Shown here: positions 15,005 through 26,444 of the stretch, piece by piece | Numbering within the stretch: the stretch's first letter is position 1 | Layout of the letters: each line of letters starts with the position of its first letter | Source of the DNA: Escherichia coli 042 | Lineage (GTDB): Bacteria; Pseudomonadota; Gammaproteobacteria; Enterobacterales; Enterobacteriaceae | Assembly: GCF_000027125.1 (NCBI RefSeq) | Contig: NC_017626.1 | Direction: 5' to 3' (one strand) | DNA length: 64,000 nt | Translations under genes and position numbers: made by a program | Notes under the pieces: generated by a model | Told to the model about the DNA's origin: nothing | The model's input: the letters and a program-made list of their open reading frames with translations, nothing else | Databases searched by the model: none

Positions 15005-15402
15005 CGCTTCAGTTCCTGTATCAGCAGAGTCAGGAGCTTTTCGCTGACATTGCCATTGAAGCGGAGCGTCCCGTGCCGGAACGTTACCTCACAGCTGATA
15101 CTGAGGGTTTCCGGGTCCTCTGCGAGCGATTCTGGCTGTTCGGCAGCTGCATCGAGAGTCACAGGAAGTAGCTGGGGGCTCTCTGAAGAAGGTAATAGCA
15201 GCTTTCCCTCGCGCCATTGTTGTCGCCATTTGAACAACAGATTGGCGTTAATGCCATTTTCAAGAGCAAGTTTTGAGATGGATATCCCGGGTTCACAGGA
15301 GGCAGCAACGAGCAGCTGTTTAAATTCGGGAGGATAATTAGGGAAGCCTTTTCGCCTGCCGGGAGTCACATTTTTCTGCATATCTGACACTTTGGTTCCC
15401 AC
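15001..15402 (-). CDS. IS66 Orf1 (TnpA-like, helix-turn-helix)
   Basis: 133-aa ORF overlapping orf2 start by 4 nt; ...RRKGFPNYPPEFKQLLVAASCEPGISISKLALENGINANLLFKWRQQ... Confidence 0.85.
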   Translation of the reverse strand: MGTKVSDMQKNVTPGRRKGFPNYPPEFKQLLVAASCEPGISISKLALENGINANLLFKWRQQWREGKLLLPSSESPQLLPVTLDAAAEQPESLAEDPETLSISCEVTFRHGTLRFNGNVSEKLLTLLIQELKR

Positions 15403-15735
15403 TACTTATTTGGTGGACACCACTTTGTCTAATTCGTCAGATTCTGACCAGACGGTTCAGGCTGTACGCTTACCACTATTTTATCCCTGTTGAATTTGGT
15501 TAAGCCGGTGCAGACGCGCCGGGAAACGCACACCTGAACCGGCACAATAAAATACAATACAACCCCCTGTTACTGGAGATACGAATGGAATGACGAGGCA
15601 GCCTGTCAGTCACAGGGGGCTGTTGGCATAAAATCAACGGAAAGGCCACCAACACCGGAATTAAGCTCCACAGTCCCCGCACTGGCAATCCATTCCCGGG
15701 AAAGGCATCACCGCAAACTGCTCCGGAGGCAACCA

Positions 15736-16170
15736 TTACAGCCTCTGTAACGGATTATCAGCCCTGGCATCTTCCGACGGCACCTCCTGCCGCCCCCACG
15801 CCCTGCTGTATACCCCGGTACCGCAGCGTGGGCAGCACTTTTCCCCCTCATAATCTTCGTCACACATCACACAAAACCACTTTCTCACCTTCACCGTATA
15901 ATCCGGAACCGTCATGCCCTGCAGATGCAAACGACGGGCCTCTTTCTCTGCCGGGTCAAGCCAGGTACATCGCAGCAGGATTTTTTCAGCGACAGTCATC
16001 TGGTCATGTTCAAACCACGGTGGTTGTCCGTCATTGCCCCGCTGAAGTGTTAACGGGCATCCACAGGACACACAGCACAAAACGTCCTGTCGGTTGTGCT
16101 TCGCAGCTTCTTTCGCCGTAACAAAATGGCCTTTGCTGTCATTCGCCATATAACAGTTCAGAATTCGCAT
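15736..16170 (-). CDS. hypothetical cysteine-rich (zinc-ribbon-like) protein, paralog A
   Basis: Start set at MRILNCYMANDSKG, preceded by AGGAGG; CxxC clusters (CCVSCGC, CVMCDEDYEGEKCCPRCG) and PWFEH motif. Confidence 0.5.
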   Translation of the reverse strand: MRILNCYMANDSKGHFVTAKEAAKHNRQDVLCCVSCGCPLTLQRGNDGQPPWFEHDQMTVAEKILLRCTWLDPAEKEARRLHLQGMTVPDYTVKVRKWFCVMCDEDYEGEKCCPRCGTGVYSRAWGRQEVPSEDARADNPLQRL

Positions 16171-16565
16171 ATTTCCTCCTGAGTTGTCCGGGGAATACTG
16201 AATCCTCCGGTCTGGCAGTGTGTGCAGTACTGCTCCCCATAATAATCGTGGTGACATTGTCTGCAGTGCCAGCTGGCTTTACGCACCACGGGTAAGGCAT
16301 CCGGTACGAATTGCTGCAGACGTTTAATCAACTGTATTTCTCTGCGCTCCGGCCTGACATAAGGGCACTGTTGACCGTGCTCTGTCAGCCTGTCGTCAGT
16401 GTGTTCAAACCAGGGAAGTTCAGTTTCGTATTGCGGATGGTATCTGAGTGCACTGCCACACAAGTGGCAGGTGTAGTTAGCATAAGGTGCGGCCTGTGCA
16501 GTACGGGCGCCCGTCAGACGTCCGTTGCCATCAAGAGCGATAAAGGATTTTGCGTACATAGTCAT
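16158..16565 (-). CDS. hypothetical cysteine-rich (zinc-ribbon-like) protein, paralog B
   Basis: 135-aa; CHLCGS, CRQCHHDYYGEQYCTHCQ and LPWFEH motifs; 3-prime end overlaps start of paralog A by 13 nt. Confidence 0.5.
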   Translation of the reverse strand: MTMYAKSFIALDGNGRLTGARTAQAAPYANYTCHLCGSALRYHPQYETELPWFEHTDDRLTEHGQQCPYVRPERREIQLIKRLQQFVPDALPVVRKASWHCRQCHHDYYGEQYCTHCQTGGFSIPRTTQEEICEF

Positions 16566-16818
16566 ATACCTCAGCCGCCAGACGACACGCAGGCAACAGC
16601 CGTCCCGGTACGGGCAGCGTGGTCAGGGTGTGAATGGCGGTTCAGTTAAAATCTGGACTGGAGTTTGGGTAAAGCAGGCTGGTTGCTGTTACAGCACTGT
16701 GGTTGTCACACAATGGAACACTGACGTAAAAAACAGTCAGTGGGCGAGTGGATACATCGTTGCTGCCAGACAACAACCCATACTTTTGGTTTGCCGGATA
16801 TTGGCGCGCCAGTCGTGC

Positions 16819-17424
16819 TCAACTCCGGCTACAGCCAAAATTGCGCTCACCGGTGCAGTGAGCTTTGGTATGCTCCTTCGCCAGATAGTCAGCACGTTCC
16901 AGCACTTGCTGAAAGCCGGTGTCATCATTACGCGCCAGCCACACCGCCGGCCAGGCCGGAAAATGCACCAGCGTGGCATGGCACCCGACATCCACTCCCA
17001 GGGCACTGCACCACGCCTGTTTAATCATCCCGGCCAGAGACTCCGGAGCGCGGTAATCACCGGCACGACACCAGGTATCCCGGTTGACCAGCAGCATCAG
17101 GTGATAGTGTTTTTTACCTTTGCACTCCCCAAACTCCCGGGCCCAGACGTAATGCAGGGTTGTGGGATGCACGCGTTTACCTTCCCGATGCTTACGTTTC
17201 TGGTAAGCGTCGATTCGGGCTTTCAGGGCATTGATGAAGCGGGATATCACAGCTGCGTCCGTTGCTGCCGGTACATCCGGGAGACGCAGGTCAACCCGCA
17301 ATGCCGTCAGGCGGGGATGAACATTCAGTGCGTGCCGCACCGTCTCACGAATACGTTGCTGCCAGAAGGGGTTGTATTTGTAGGTCATGGTTAAATCTCC
17401 GTATGGTTCATACGGAATAGCCAC
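16819..17424 (-). CDS. inovirus Gp2-like / YfjJ-YagK family protein (prophage-associated)
   Basis: 201-aa translation ...MTYKYNPFWQQRIRETVRHALNVHPRLTALRVDLRLP... recalled as the YagK/YfjJ family; true start may be the internal Met at 17388. Confidence 0.6.
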   Translation of the reverse strand: MAIPYEPYGDLTMTYKYNPFWQQRIRETVRHALNVHPRLTALRVDLRLPDVPAATDAAVISRFINALKARIDAYQKRKHREGKRVHPTTLHYVWAREFGECKGKKHYHLMLLVNRDTWCRAGDYRAPESLAGMIKQAWCSALGVDVGCHATLVHFPAWPAVWLARNDDTGFQQVLERADYLAKEHTKAHCTGERNFGCSRS

Positions 17425-17583
17425 GTCGTAAAAAATACGCAGAGTCCCTGAAGTGACCTCCGGCAGGACACTGTCTCAGGCACTCTGTGATAACCCGAAC
17501 GGTCGTCTCCGGACTGACGGTTGAATTTTCAGCGTCGTTTTTTAATGTAAAAAACCGGTTACGGGTAAGGCTGTGAGGAGGGA

Positions 17584-17787
17584 GTGATGGTGATACGCAA
17601 AAAGAAGTGCAGGGACTGTGGAAACGCGATTACTCATAATACAGTGTGTTGCCCGTATTGTGGTTCTGTCGACCCCTTCGGCTACTACCGGAATACAGAC
17701 CGTATCGTTACCATACTGCTGGCGCTGATTATTGTGGTCCTGCTGACTACTGTCAGCGTCAGTGTGTGTATACTGTGTAGCTGGTGA
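17584..17787 (+). CDS. hypothetical small zinc-ribbon membrane protein
   Basis: 67-aa; CRDCGN...CCPYCGS followed by a hydrophobic segment. Confidence 0.35.
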   Translation: MMVIRKKKCRDCGNAITHNTVCCPYCGSVDPFGYYRNTDRIVTILLALIIVVLLTTVSVSVCILCSW

Positions 17788-19016
17788 GATAACGGTTCAT
17801 GTATCCCCTGAGCTGACAGTGTACCGTGTATATTAAGCGTAACCGACAGGTTCTCCTTCATACCATATTAAATTTTCCAGGGATTGCCGCTGCCTTATTT
17901 CGTCCCATACAGGAAAACTCATCTGGGTTTCTGACAAATACGCGAAACTCACAGCCCCTCAATATCAACCACACGTTGTAAGCCGGTAATACCTGAAAAT
18001 CAGCCTATTACCGCCCACGCCTCCGGCACCATTCCCTTTTGATTTCGAATTCTTTGTTGTCGCTATACCGCTTAATGTTCCCGGTCCTCCGGTGCAGATA
18101 ACACCGGAGTCATCGTAGCGCTGCTTCAATATTCAGGTGACATATTTCCAGACGGAAGCCGGCGCGCGATCGTAAAGTTTGTTCATTGTCAGTTCTGCCA
18201 GCCGGTTGTCAACGGCAGAGTTAAAGGCTTCCAGCTCCGCAAGGGTAAGTTTATAACGCGTGTGGGAATTCACTTTTCCCGCGTCTCCTGACGTATTACG
18301 GGCTGCCACTTACCAGGTGTCCCGCAATACAGCCTTAGTGTTCCGTTATCGGGGATCCGGACGCACCGCAACAACCGGGGAAGTATTTCTGGTTTAGAGC
18401 AGTGTCAAGAGGGATTTCTCAGCCCCTCACTCACCGGCTCAGTCTCAGGGCAGGAGCATTAATACGCTCAGTTCATGTCTTATACAGGAATGGGCACAGG
18501 GGGAGCTGGCGTGTCACTGCTGATTTTACGCATCAGCGTTCATGTATCTGCACTCTGATACATGAACGATTCACAGCGCTCTGTTACCGGAGAGATTTAC
18601 TCTCTTAGCTTACTCTGGCAAATCCTTTACGTTACTCTCTGATGACTTCTTATATTTATAATACCAATCAGACAGCCTTATCCCATCGGTGATATCAGTC
18701 TCCTCCTCGCCAGGAACGGGCTGACTCACTGTAACCACCTCCGAAAACAACTCTGCAATTATCAGAACGCCTGCTTCTCTCCCTGTCCTCACGAAAACTA
18801 TCCCCTCTTTATCGCGCGTGCGTGCGGAAGCATCTTTTCGCAACAACCACCCGGTATACCGGTACGGCTCAGCCACCGCAACCTCCCCGTTTATCTCCTG
18901 GCGGTCACATTCCCGATTATTTTTTACGTTTCTCCCCGGTTGTTATGCCGGTGAAGGTGGCGCGCTGTTTTCATGACCACACCGGCTGGTTTAACAACAT
19001 CCGGAGGAACATTCTC

Positions 19017-19223
19017 ATGGCTACCCCAGTTTCACTGATGGATGACCAGATGGTCGACATGGCATTTATCACTCAACTGACCGGCCTGACAGATAAGTGG
19101 TTTTACAGGCTCATCAGGGATGGGGCCTTTCCGGCTCCCATCAAGCTGGGCCGCAGCTCCCGCTGGCTGAAAAGTGAAGTGGAAGCCTGGCTGCAGGCGC
19201 GTATTGCACAGCCCCGCCCGTAA
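19017..19223 (+). CDS. AlpA-family prophage transcriptional regulator (tentative)
   Basis: 68 codons from MATPVSLMDD...; ...FYRLIRDGAFPAPIKLGRSSRWLKSEVEAWLQ... resembles AlpA-type regulators. Track ORF 18822..19223 is over-extended. Confidence 0.55.
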   Translation: MATPVSLMDDQMVDMAFITQLTGLTDKWFYRLIRDGAFPAPIKLGRSSRWLKSEVEAWLQARIAQPRP

Positions 19224-19302
19224 TTTCTGACCGTTATCCGTTCACCCGCAGCAGACGTAATCCCCGGCCTGCCGGCGGCATTCTGCTGCCTGTTATATCC
19301 CC

Positions 19303-19920
19303 GTGAGGAATATGAAAATGAAACAACAGTATCAGACCCGCTACGAATGGCTCCACGAAAGCTACCAGAAATGGCTGACCGGCTTCACCCGGCACGCCGT
19401 ATCCTGGGGCGTGTGTCATCCGAATATCTACTACTTCCATAATCTGACGCCCGGTTGGGTGTCATTCAATGGTGAAAAACCGGAGATTGCCATCGTACCC
19501 CAGAGCCTGCACCGGCTGATTTATGGCCCTGACAAACGGGCCACGCCGCCCCTGGATGATGATCTGATTGTGAATTTATGCACCAGTGAACATCTGCTGG
19601 TTCATCATCCGATGCTGGAAGGCATTCTCCTGTCTGAATGTGAACGTCTGAGGCAGCGTTCTCTGGCAAATAAACTGATCAGCCTCTTCCGTCAGTTTGG
19701 TGGCACGGAGTTGCGCCTCAAACTGGTCTGGCTTTGCTGGCTTGATTTAATGACCGGAAACAGCCTTGAAGACTGGAAAGAGAACCTGAAACGGAAATCA
19801 GAAAAAGAGCTGGAGGAATGGATCATCAACCGTCAGAGGCAGAGCGCAGCACTGACGGATCTGATGGATCAGTACGTGCTCCTGGCATACCGCACAACGG
19901 TTGACGATAGCCGCAACTGA
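19303..19920 (+). CDS. hypothetical protein
   Basis: 205-aa ORF downstream of the AlpA-like gene; no family recognised. Confidence 0.4.
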   Translation: MRNMKMKQQYQTRYEWLHESYQKWLTGFTRHAVSWGVCHPNIYYFHNLTPGWVSFNGEKPEIAIVPQSLHRLIYGPDKRATPPLDDDLIVNLCTSEHLLVHHPMLEGILLSECERLRQRSLANKLISLFRQFGGTELRLKLVWLCWLDLMTGNSLEDWKENLKRKSEKELEEWIINRQRQSAALTDLMDQYVLLAYRTTVDDSRN

Positions 19921-21122
19921 TGCCGGTTGCTTCCGGAAGGTGTGACAAAATACGGAAATGATGATGCTCCCGGCCCTGCATGCTCACCTGCAGAGCGTGT
20001 TCGTCGTCATCATACTGAGCCATGACGGGCGTCTTAAGGGCATCCTGTCATTGCTGAGCAGGCAACACCACCAGAGGAGCCACGGACAGGGATGTTCTTT
20101 ACAGCCCGATACACGCCAGGTTCTCAGCAGACTGAATGTGCAGGTGCGGTTATTCACCAGAAATGGCATGCTGCGGTACATACCCATCCTGGTGACAATA
20201 TGTACGTGGCGACAGCGATCCCGGCACTGTGGAAGAGACTCACTCAGCCTGCAGGATATTCTTTCCGGCATCCGGGAATGTCCGCCTGAATGCAAACAGG
20301 ATGATATTTGAATCCGTAATACTGTTCTTTCATCATAAATAATTTATGCAGATACAGTTAACCGTTACAGTAGCCGGTTTGTTTTACCGGGAAATAATAT
20401 CCGTCAGACTGATGCCGGAACATATCTGAAACACGTTATGATGTTTTGTTATCAGAAATGTTGTATATTCTTATCCGTGGCGACAGTTTAATGCCCTCTG
20501 GTATCACCTTGGATAATGCATATCCTGCGATGATTCGTTATATTTACGGGACACGCCTCTTTTCATTGTGCTCCTTTTCAGACTTCATTTTCCGTAAGTG
20601 TTCCCCGGCATAAAGGAGGTACCTTTCTGGCGTTTATAACTCTCTTTATCGGTGACGCCGGTAATACAGGGAATACCACACCGACAAACGAGGTATTAAC
20701 AGACGATATTTCAGTGTCCATAATTTTTCTGTCCGGTTAAATAACGTCAGTCTGCTGCCCTCTGACTGTAATCATCAAAGCCGGAATGCATACCGGGTTA
20801 CAACGTAAAAAAAGTGATGCTGGCCCCCGGTGCAGCTGGCGGGCGAAACATGTTTACCTTTCAATACCCCCTGTCTGCAGTCTCCACTCTTCCATCCTCT
20901 TAAGCTACGTCGGCCACATGAGTGCACTTCCATGATAACAGGTATTCCTGTCAGCATAACGAAGCTGGTTACCTTCCCTTCCTCCTGCATTTCCTGTCAG
21001 AATGACTGTACAGCGCGCAGATTGCCTTTTTATTGACCACCTTAATATACCATTATAAACTTCTTTTTATCATGTTATTATCACCTTATTATGTTTAATT
21101 TTTAAGCAGCCGGAGAAAGGGG

Positions 21123-22001
21123 ATGGTTCAGAAAATTTTGTCGGATAAGGTTATGAATGAAAGAACAAATGCGTATTACTCTTATTATCTTGGAGGGCGT
21201 AATATCTCCGTACTGCCCCTTAATGTTTATGATCCCCCGGAACGTTTTATCGCTTACATAAAAAAAAACAGAGAAAATCTGAACATCACACTTTCAGATT
21301 TTGAACTTGAACAAATAATTTCTGGTATGCGTCTGAAGGCCCTGGCCTTCCTGGTCCCCCTGGAAAAAATATCCTGGATCGCGGGCAGTGAACGCGCATG
21401 CTTATTTTCCTGGTATCTGTTGATGCAGTTTATCCAGAATAACAGGGCAAAAATAAGCGCAGACTTGCTTCAAAAGAATAAACTGTATCTTAAAGAAGAG
21501 TATCTGGAAGGGAATGCCTTCCCGTCGGACTCATCGACACAGTTCAGACAAATACTCAGAGTTCTCGATATTCTTTCTGATAAGAATTTGCGGGATGAGT
21601 GGATAATCCAGACCAAAGACAGATGGATGCGGGCATTTAAATCAAAGAGTCCTTTCAGTTACCTCCTCCCGGAGAACGAACATGAATGCATATGGACATG
21701 GAATTATTTGAAGGGAAAAAATATTGCACTGGAAAAACTGGCCAGTTTTCCTGGTTCTGCTGATATTTACCACGCAATTCACCTTTCATTTGACATATGG
21801 GTTACCTGTCCACTCACCTCACCTGACGATATAAAAAATTTCAGAAACAGTTTCAATAAGGCCAAGGCGCAGCGCAAGTACAAAAAATGCAGGAAGATAA
21901 AGTCAATGTACAGTTTTTTCTTGACGCAGAAACCAGGGCGCAGCTCAAAGAATTATCGAGGGTCAGAAGACTCAGTACCGGCGAAATGCTGCATGACCTG
22001 A
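21123..22001 (+). CDS. hypothetical protein (AT-rich; 3-prime end uncertain)
   Basis: 292-aa ORF; low-complexity tail, with an alternative frame carrying a conserved-looking peptide (see finding at 21887-22039). Confidence 0.4.
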   Translation: MVQKILSDKVMNERTNAYYSYYLGGRNISVLPLNVYDPPERFIAYIKKNRENLNITLSDFELEQIISGMRLKALAFLVPLEKISWIAGSERACLFSWYLLMQFIQNNRAKISADLLQKNKLYLKEEYLEGNAFPSDSSTQFRQILRVLDILSDKNLRDEWIIQTKDRWMRAFKSKSPFSYLLPENEHECIWTWNYLKGKNIALEKLASFPGSADIYHAIHLSFDIWVTCPLTSPDDIKNFRNSFNKAKAQRKYKKCRKIKSMYSFFLTQKPGRSSKNYRGSEDSVPAKCCMT

Positions 22002-22123
22002 TTGTTGAAGAGTATAAAAGGTACCGACATTCCAGATAATTTCAGACATATATTATCTCTGTGAGTCCCCCGCCACCTTTCCGGTGTGCGGGGGTTTTGT
22101 CTTTTTTCACCGGGAATACATGT

Positions 22124-22996
22124 ATGAATCCGTCTGATGCCATTGAGGCAATTGAAAAACCGCTCTCCTCCCTGCCTTACTCACTTTCCCGTCACATCCA
22201 GGAACATCTGCGCAAACTCACCAGTCACGAACCCGTGATTGGCATTATGGGTAAAAGCGGGGCCGGTAAATCCTCACTCTGTAATGCACTGTTTCAGGGG
22301 GAGGTCACCCCGGTCAGTGATGTTCACGCCGGCACCCGGGAAGTGCGGCGCTTCCGTCTGAGTGGCCACGGTCACAGCATGATTATCACTGACCTGCCCG
22401 GGGTGGGCGAGAGCCGGGACAGGGATGCAGAGTATGAAGCCCTGTACCGTGACATTCTGCCTGAACTTGACCTGGTACTGTGGCTGATTAAAGCCGATGA
22501 CCGTGCCCTGTCTGTGGATGAGTATTTCTGGCGACACATACTGCACCGGGGACATCAGCAGGTGCTGTTTGTGGTGACGCAGGCCGACAAAACGGAGCCC
22601 TGCCATGAATGGGATATGGCCGGCATTCAGCCTTCTCCCGCACAGGCACAGAACATTCGTGAGAAAACAGATGCGGTATTCCGGCTGTTCCGGCCCGTAC
22701 ATCCGGTTGTGGCCGTATCGGCCTGCACCGGCTGGGAACTGGATACGCTGGTCAGTGCGCTCATGACAGCGCTTCCCGACCATGCCGCCAGTCCCCTGAT
22801 GACCCGCCTGCAGGACGAGCTGCGCACGGAATCTGTCCGGTCTCAGGCCCGTGAACAGTTTACCGGTGCGGTGGACCGGATATTTGACACGGCGGAGAGC
22901 GTCTGTATTGCCTCTGTTGCACGCACGGTTCTGCGTGCCGTCCGTGACTCGGTGGTCTCTGTTGCCCGCGCTGTATGGAACTGGATTTTCTTCTGA
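22124..22996 (+). CDS. YfjP/YeeP-family GTPase (CP4-type prophage)
   Basis: Start at MNPSDAIEAIEK; P-loop GKSGAGKSS, DLPG; near-identical to recalled K-12 YfjP. Confidence 0.85.
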   Translation: MNPSDAIEAIEKPLSSLPYSLSRHIQEHLRKLTSHEPVIGIMGKSGAGKSSLCNALFQGEVTPVSDVHAGTREVRRFRLSGHGHSMIITDLPGVGESRDRDAEYEALYRDILPELDLVLWLIKADDRALSVDEYFWRHILHRGHQQVLFVVTQADKTEPCHEWDMAGIQPSPAQAQNIREKTDAVFRLFRPVHPVVAVSACTGWELDTLVSALMTALPDHAASPLMTRLQDELRTESVRSQAREQFTGAVDRIFDTAESVCIASVARTVLRAVRDSVVSVARAVWNWIFF

Positions 22997-23368
22997 ACAG
23001 TCTGCCAGGGGAAATGCCTGATTACATTGCGTTAACCAACTGAAAACATGACACAAACACCTCATGCTCCTCCTGTTTCTCTTGCGTGACCGCCTTGCAA
23101 TCAATAGAATAAAACGATCGATAAAACAGGTATCGATCGTTACTATCGATCGTTTATAGTGGTTAATGGTCTGCGAAAAGGCAGCTGAATCTCTTCATCA
23201 TGCAGAACGGAATTGCACACAACGGACTGATACTTCTCTGGCGGATGAGAGAGGGGAAGCATTTATGCCCGGGAAAAACCACTTTATCTGACCATGCTGT
23301 TTTGTACCTGCCGGTATCCACATTTGTGGGTACCGGCTTTTTTATTCACCCTCTGTAAGGAAAAGCTG

Positions 23369-26215
23369 ATGAAACGACATCTGAACACCAGCTACAGGCT
23401 GGTATGGAATCACATTACGGGCACCCTGGTGGTGGCTTCCGAACTGGCGCGCTCACGGGGAAAACGCACCGGTGTGGCGGTTGCGCTGTCTCTTGCTGCT
23501 GTCACGTCAGTCCCGGTACTGGCTGCTGACACGGTCGTACAGGCGGGAGAAACCGTGAGCGGCGGAACACTGACAAATCATGACAACCAGATTGTCTTCG
23601 GTACGGCCAACGGAATGACCATCAGTACCGGTCTGGAGTATGGGCCGGATAACGAGGCCAATACCGGCGGACAATGGATACAAAATGGCGGTATCGCCAA
23701 CAACACTACTGTCACCGGTGGTGGTCTTCAGAGAGTGAATGCCGGAGGAAGCGTTTCAGACACGGTTATCAGTGCCGGAGGCGGACAGAGCCTTCAGGGG
23801 CAGGCAGTGAACACCACTCTGAACGGCGGTGAGCAGTGGGTACATGAAGGCGGGATTGCAACGGGTACCGTCATTAATGAGAAGGGCTGGCAGGCCGTCA
23901 AATCCGGCGCAATGGCAACCGACACGGTTGTGAATACCGGCGCGGAAGGGGGACCGGATGCAGAAAATGGTGATACCGGGCAGTTTGTTCGCGGAAATGC
24001 CGTACGTACCACTATCAATGAAAATGGTCGTCAGATTGTGGCTGCTGAAGGAACAGCAAATACCACTGTGGTTTATGCCGGCGGCGACCAGACGGTACAC
24101 GGGCATGCGCTGGATACCACACTGAATGGCGGTTACCAGTATGTGCACAACGGAGGCACAGCCTCTGACACGGTTGTAAACAGTGACGGCTGGCAGATTG
24201 TCAAGGAAGGTGGTCTGGCGGATTTCACCACCGTTAACCAGAAAGGCAAACTGCAGGTGAACGCCGGTGGTACAGCCACGAATGTCACCCTGAAGCAGGG
24301 AGGCGCACTGGTCACCAGTACGGCGGCAACCGTCACCGGCAGCAACCGTCTGGGCAATTTCACTGTGGAAAACGGTAATGCTGACGGTGTTGTTCTGGAG
24401 TCCGGTGGTCGCCTGGATGTACTGGAGGGCCATTCAGCCTGGAAAACACTGGTGGATGACGGCGGAACCCTGGCAGTGTCTGCCGGTGGTAAGGCAACAG
24501 ATGTCACCATGACATCCGGTAGTGCCCTGATTGCAGACAGTGGTGCCACTGTTGAGGGGACCAATGCCAGCGGTAAGTTCAGTATTGATGGCACATCCGG
24601 TCAGGCCAGCGGACTGCTGCTGGAAAATGGCGGCAGCTTTACGGTTAATGCCGGAGGACTGGCCAGCAACACCACTGTCGGACATCGTGGAACACTGACG
24701 CTGGCTGCCGGGGGAAGTCTGAGTGGCAGAACACAGCTCAGTAAAGGTGCCAGCATGGTACTGAATGGCGATGTGGTCAGTACCGGCGATATTGTTAACG
24801 CAGGGGAGATTCGCTTTGATAATCAGACGACACCGGATGCCGCGCTGAGCCGTGCTGTTGCAAAAGGCGACTCCCCGGTAACGTTCCATAAACTGACCAC
24901 CAGTAACCTCACCGGTCAGGGTGGCACCATCAATATGCGTGTTCGCCTTGATGGCAGCAATACCTCTGACCAGCTGGTGATTAATGGTGGTCAGGCAACC
25001 GGCAAAACCTGGCTTGCGTTTACAAATGTCGGAAACAGTAACCTCGGGGTGGCAACCTCCGGACAGGGTATCCGGGTTGTGGATGCACAGAATGGCGCCA
25101 CCACAGAAGAAGGTGCGTTTGCCCTGAGTCGCCCGCTTCAGGCCGGCGCCTTTAACTACACCCTGAACCGTGACAGCGATGAAGACTGGTACCTGCGCAG
25201 TGAAAATGCTTATCGTGCTGAAGTCCCCCTGTATACATCCATGCTGACACAGGCAATGGACTATGACCGGATTCTGGCAGGCTCCCGCAGCCATCAGACC
25301 GGTGTAAACGGTGAAAATAACAGCGTCCGTCTCAGCATTCAGGGCGGTCATCTCGGTCACGATAACAACGGCGGTATTGCCCGTGGAGCCACGCCGGAAA
25401 GCAGCGGCAGCTATGGCTTCGTCCGTCTGGAGGGTGACCTGCTCAGAACAGAGGTTGCCGGTATGTCTCTGACGACAGGGGTGCATGGTGCCGCAGGCCA
25501 TTCTTCCGTTGATGTTAAGGATGATGACGGTTCCCGCGCCGGCACGGTCCGGGATGATGCCGGCAGCCTGGGCGGATACCTGAATCTGACACACACGTCC
25601 TCCGGCCTGTGGGCTGACATTGTGGCACAGGGAACCCGCCACAGCATGAAAGCGTCATCGGACAATAACGACTTCCGCGCCCGCGGCTGGGGCTGGCTGG
25701 GCTCACTGGAAACCGGTCTGCCCTTCAGTATCACTGACAACCTGATGCTGGAGCCACAACTGCAGTATACCTGGCAGGGACTTTCCCTGGATGACGGCCA
25801 GGATAACGCCGGTTATGTGAAGTTCGGGCATGGCAGTGCACAACATGTGCGTGCCGGTTTCCGTCTGGGCAGCCACAACGATATGAGCTTTGGTGAAGGC
25901 ACCTCATCCCGTGACACCCTGCGCGACAGTGCAAAACACCGTGTGCGTGAACTGCCGGTGAACTGGTGGGTACAGCCTTCTGTTATCCGCACCTTCAGTT
26001 CCCGGGGTGACATGAGCATGGGGACAGCCGCCGCCGGCAGTAACATGACGTTCTCACCGTCCCGGAATGGCACGTCACTGGACCTGCAGGCCGGACTGGA
26101 AGCCCGTGTCCGGGAAAATATCACCCTGGGCGTTCAGGCCGGTTATGCCCACAGTGTCAGCGGCAGCAGCGCTGAAGGTTATAACGGTCAGGCCACGCTG
26201 AATGTGACTTTCTGA
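23369..26215 (+). CDS. flu: antigen 43 (Ag43) self-associating autotransporter adhesin
   Basis: Start at [25 protein letters not shown]; repetitive beta-helix passenger; C-terminal beta-barrel ending ...GQATLNVTF. 948 aa here. Confidence 0.9.
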   Translation: MKRHLNTSYRLVWNHITGTLVVASELARSRGKRTGVAVALSLAAVTSVPVLAADTVVQAGETVSGGTLTNHDNQIVFGTANGMTISTGLEYGPDNEANTGGQWIQNGGIANNTTVTGGGLQRVNAGGSVSDTVISAGGGQSLQGQAVNTTLNGGEQWVHEGGIATGTVINEKGWQAVKSGAMATDTVVNTGAEGGPDAENGDTGQFVRGNAVRTTINENGRQIVAAEGTANTTVVYAGGDQTVHGHALDTTLNGGYQYVHNGGTASDTVVNSDGWQIVKEGGLADFTTVNQKGKLQVNAGGTATNVTLKQGGALVTSTAATVTGSNRLGNFTVENGNADGVVLESGGRLDVLEGHSAWKTLVDDGGTLAVSAGGKATDVTMTSGSALIADSGATVEGTNASGKFSIDGTSGQASGLLLENGGSFTVNAGGLASNTTVGHRGTLTLAAGGSLSGRTQLSKGASMVLNGDVVSTGDIVNAGEIRFDNQTTPDAALSRAVAKGDSPVTFHKLTTSNLTGQGGTINMRVRLDGSNTSDQLVINGGQATGKTWLAFTNVGNSNLGVATSGQGIRVVDAQNGATTEEGAFALSRPLQAGAFNYTLNRDSDEDWYLRSENAYRAEVPLYTSMLTQAMDYDRILAGSRSHQTGVNGENNSVRLSIQGGHLGHDNNGGIARGATPESSGSYGFVRLEGDLLRTEVAGMSLTTGVHGAAGHSSVDVKDDDGSRAGTVRDDAGSLGGYLNLTHTSSGLWADIVAQGTRHSMKASSDNNDFRARGWGWLGSLETGLPFSITDNLMLEPQLQYTWQGLSLDDGQDNAGYVKFGHGSAQHVRAGFRLGSHNDMSFGEGTSSRDTLRDSAKHRVRELPVNWWVQPSVIRTFSSRGDMSMGTAAAGSNMTFSPSRNGTSLDLQAGLEARVRENITLGVQAGYAHSVSGSSAEGYNGQATLNVTF

Positions 26216-26249
26216 TAATCAGGTCACTCTCCTTCAGGCCCCGGTCATC

Positions 26250-26444
26250 ATGACCGGGGCTTTTTACTTTCAGGGAGCAACAGATATGCCGGGTTGTACA
26301 TCACGTTTATTGCCCGAAGGCCCTTTCTCACGCGAACAGGCTGTTGCCGTCAAAACAGCTTACCGCAATGTGTTTACTGAAGATGACCAGGGAACATATT
26401 CCCGGCTGGTTATCCGTAATGCTGAAGGTCAGTTGCGCTGGTGA
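26250..26444 (+). CDS. small conserved prophage protein (DUF905-like, tentative)
   Basis: 64-aa ORF between flu and the DUF932 gene, position typical of CP4-like islands. Confidence 0.4.
   Translation: MTGAFYFQGATDMPGCTSRLLPEGPFSREQAVAVKTAYRNVFTEDDQGTYSRLVIRNAEGQLRW

Larger units (their letters stand above)
13185..15483 (-). mobile_element. IS66-family insertion sequence (three-ORF type)
   Basis: Ends GTAAGCGTACAGC at 13185 and its reverse complement ending 15483; encloses tnpA-, tnpB- and tnpC-like ORFs in canonical order. Confidence 0.8.

Noticed and set aside
16525-17394. 289-aa plus-strand ORF overlapping the Gp2-like gene
   Set aside because: The minus-strand frame matches a recognisable family and the plus-strand translation does not; treated as an antisense artefact.
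18133-18273. 47-codon minus-strand ORF (GTG start) upstream of the AlpA-like gene
   Set aside because: Too short, no clear ribosome-binding site and no recognisable family.
22274-23104. 276-aa minus-strand ORF antisense to the YfjP-like GTPase gene
   Set aside because: Antisense to a gene with a clear P-loop; no recognisable features.
24434-25642. 402-aa and other long minus-strand ORFs inside the antigen 43 gene
   Set aside because: Antisense to a confidently identified gene; cysteine/glycine-rich low-complexity translation typical of spurious frames in GC-rich repeats.
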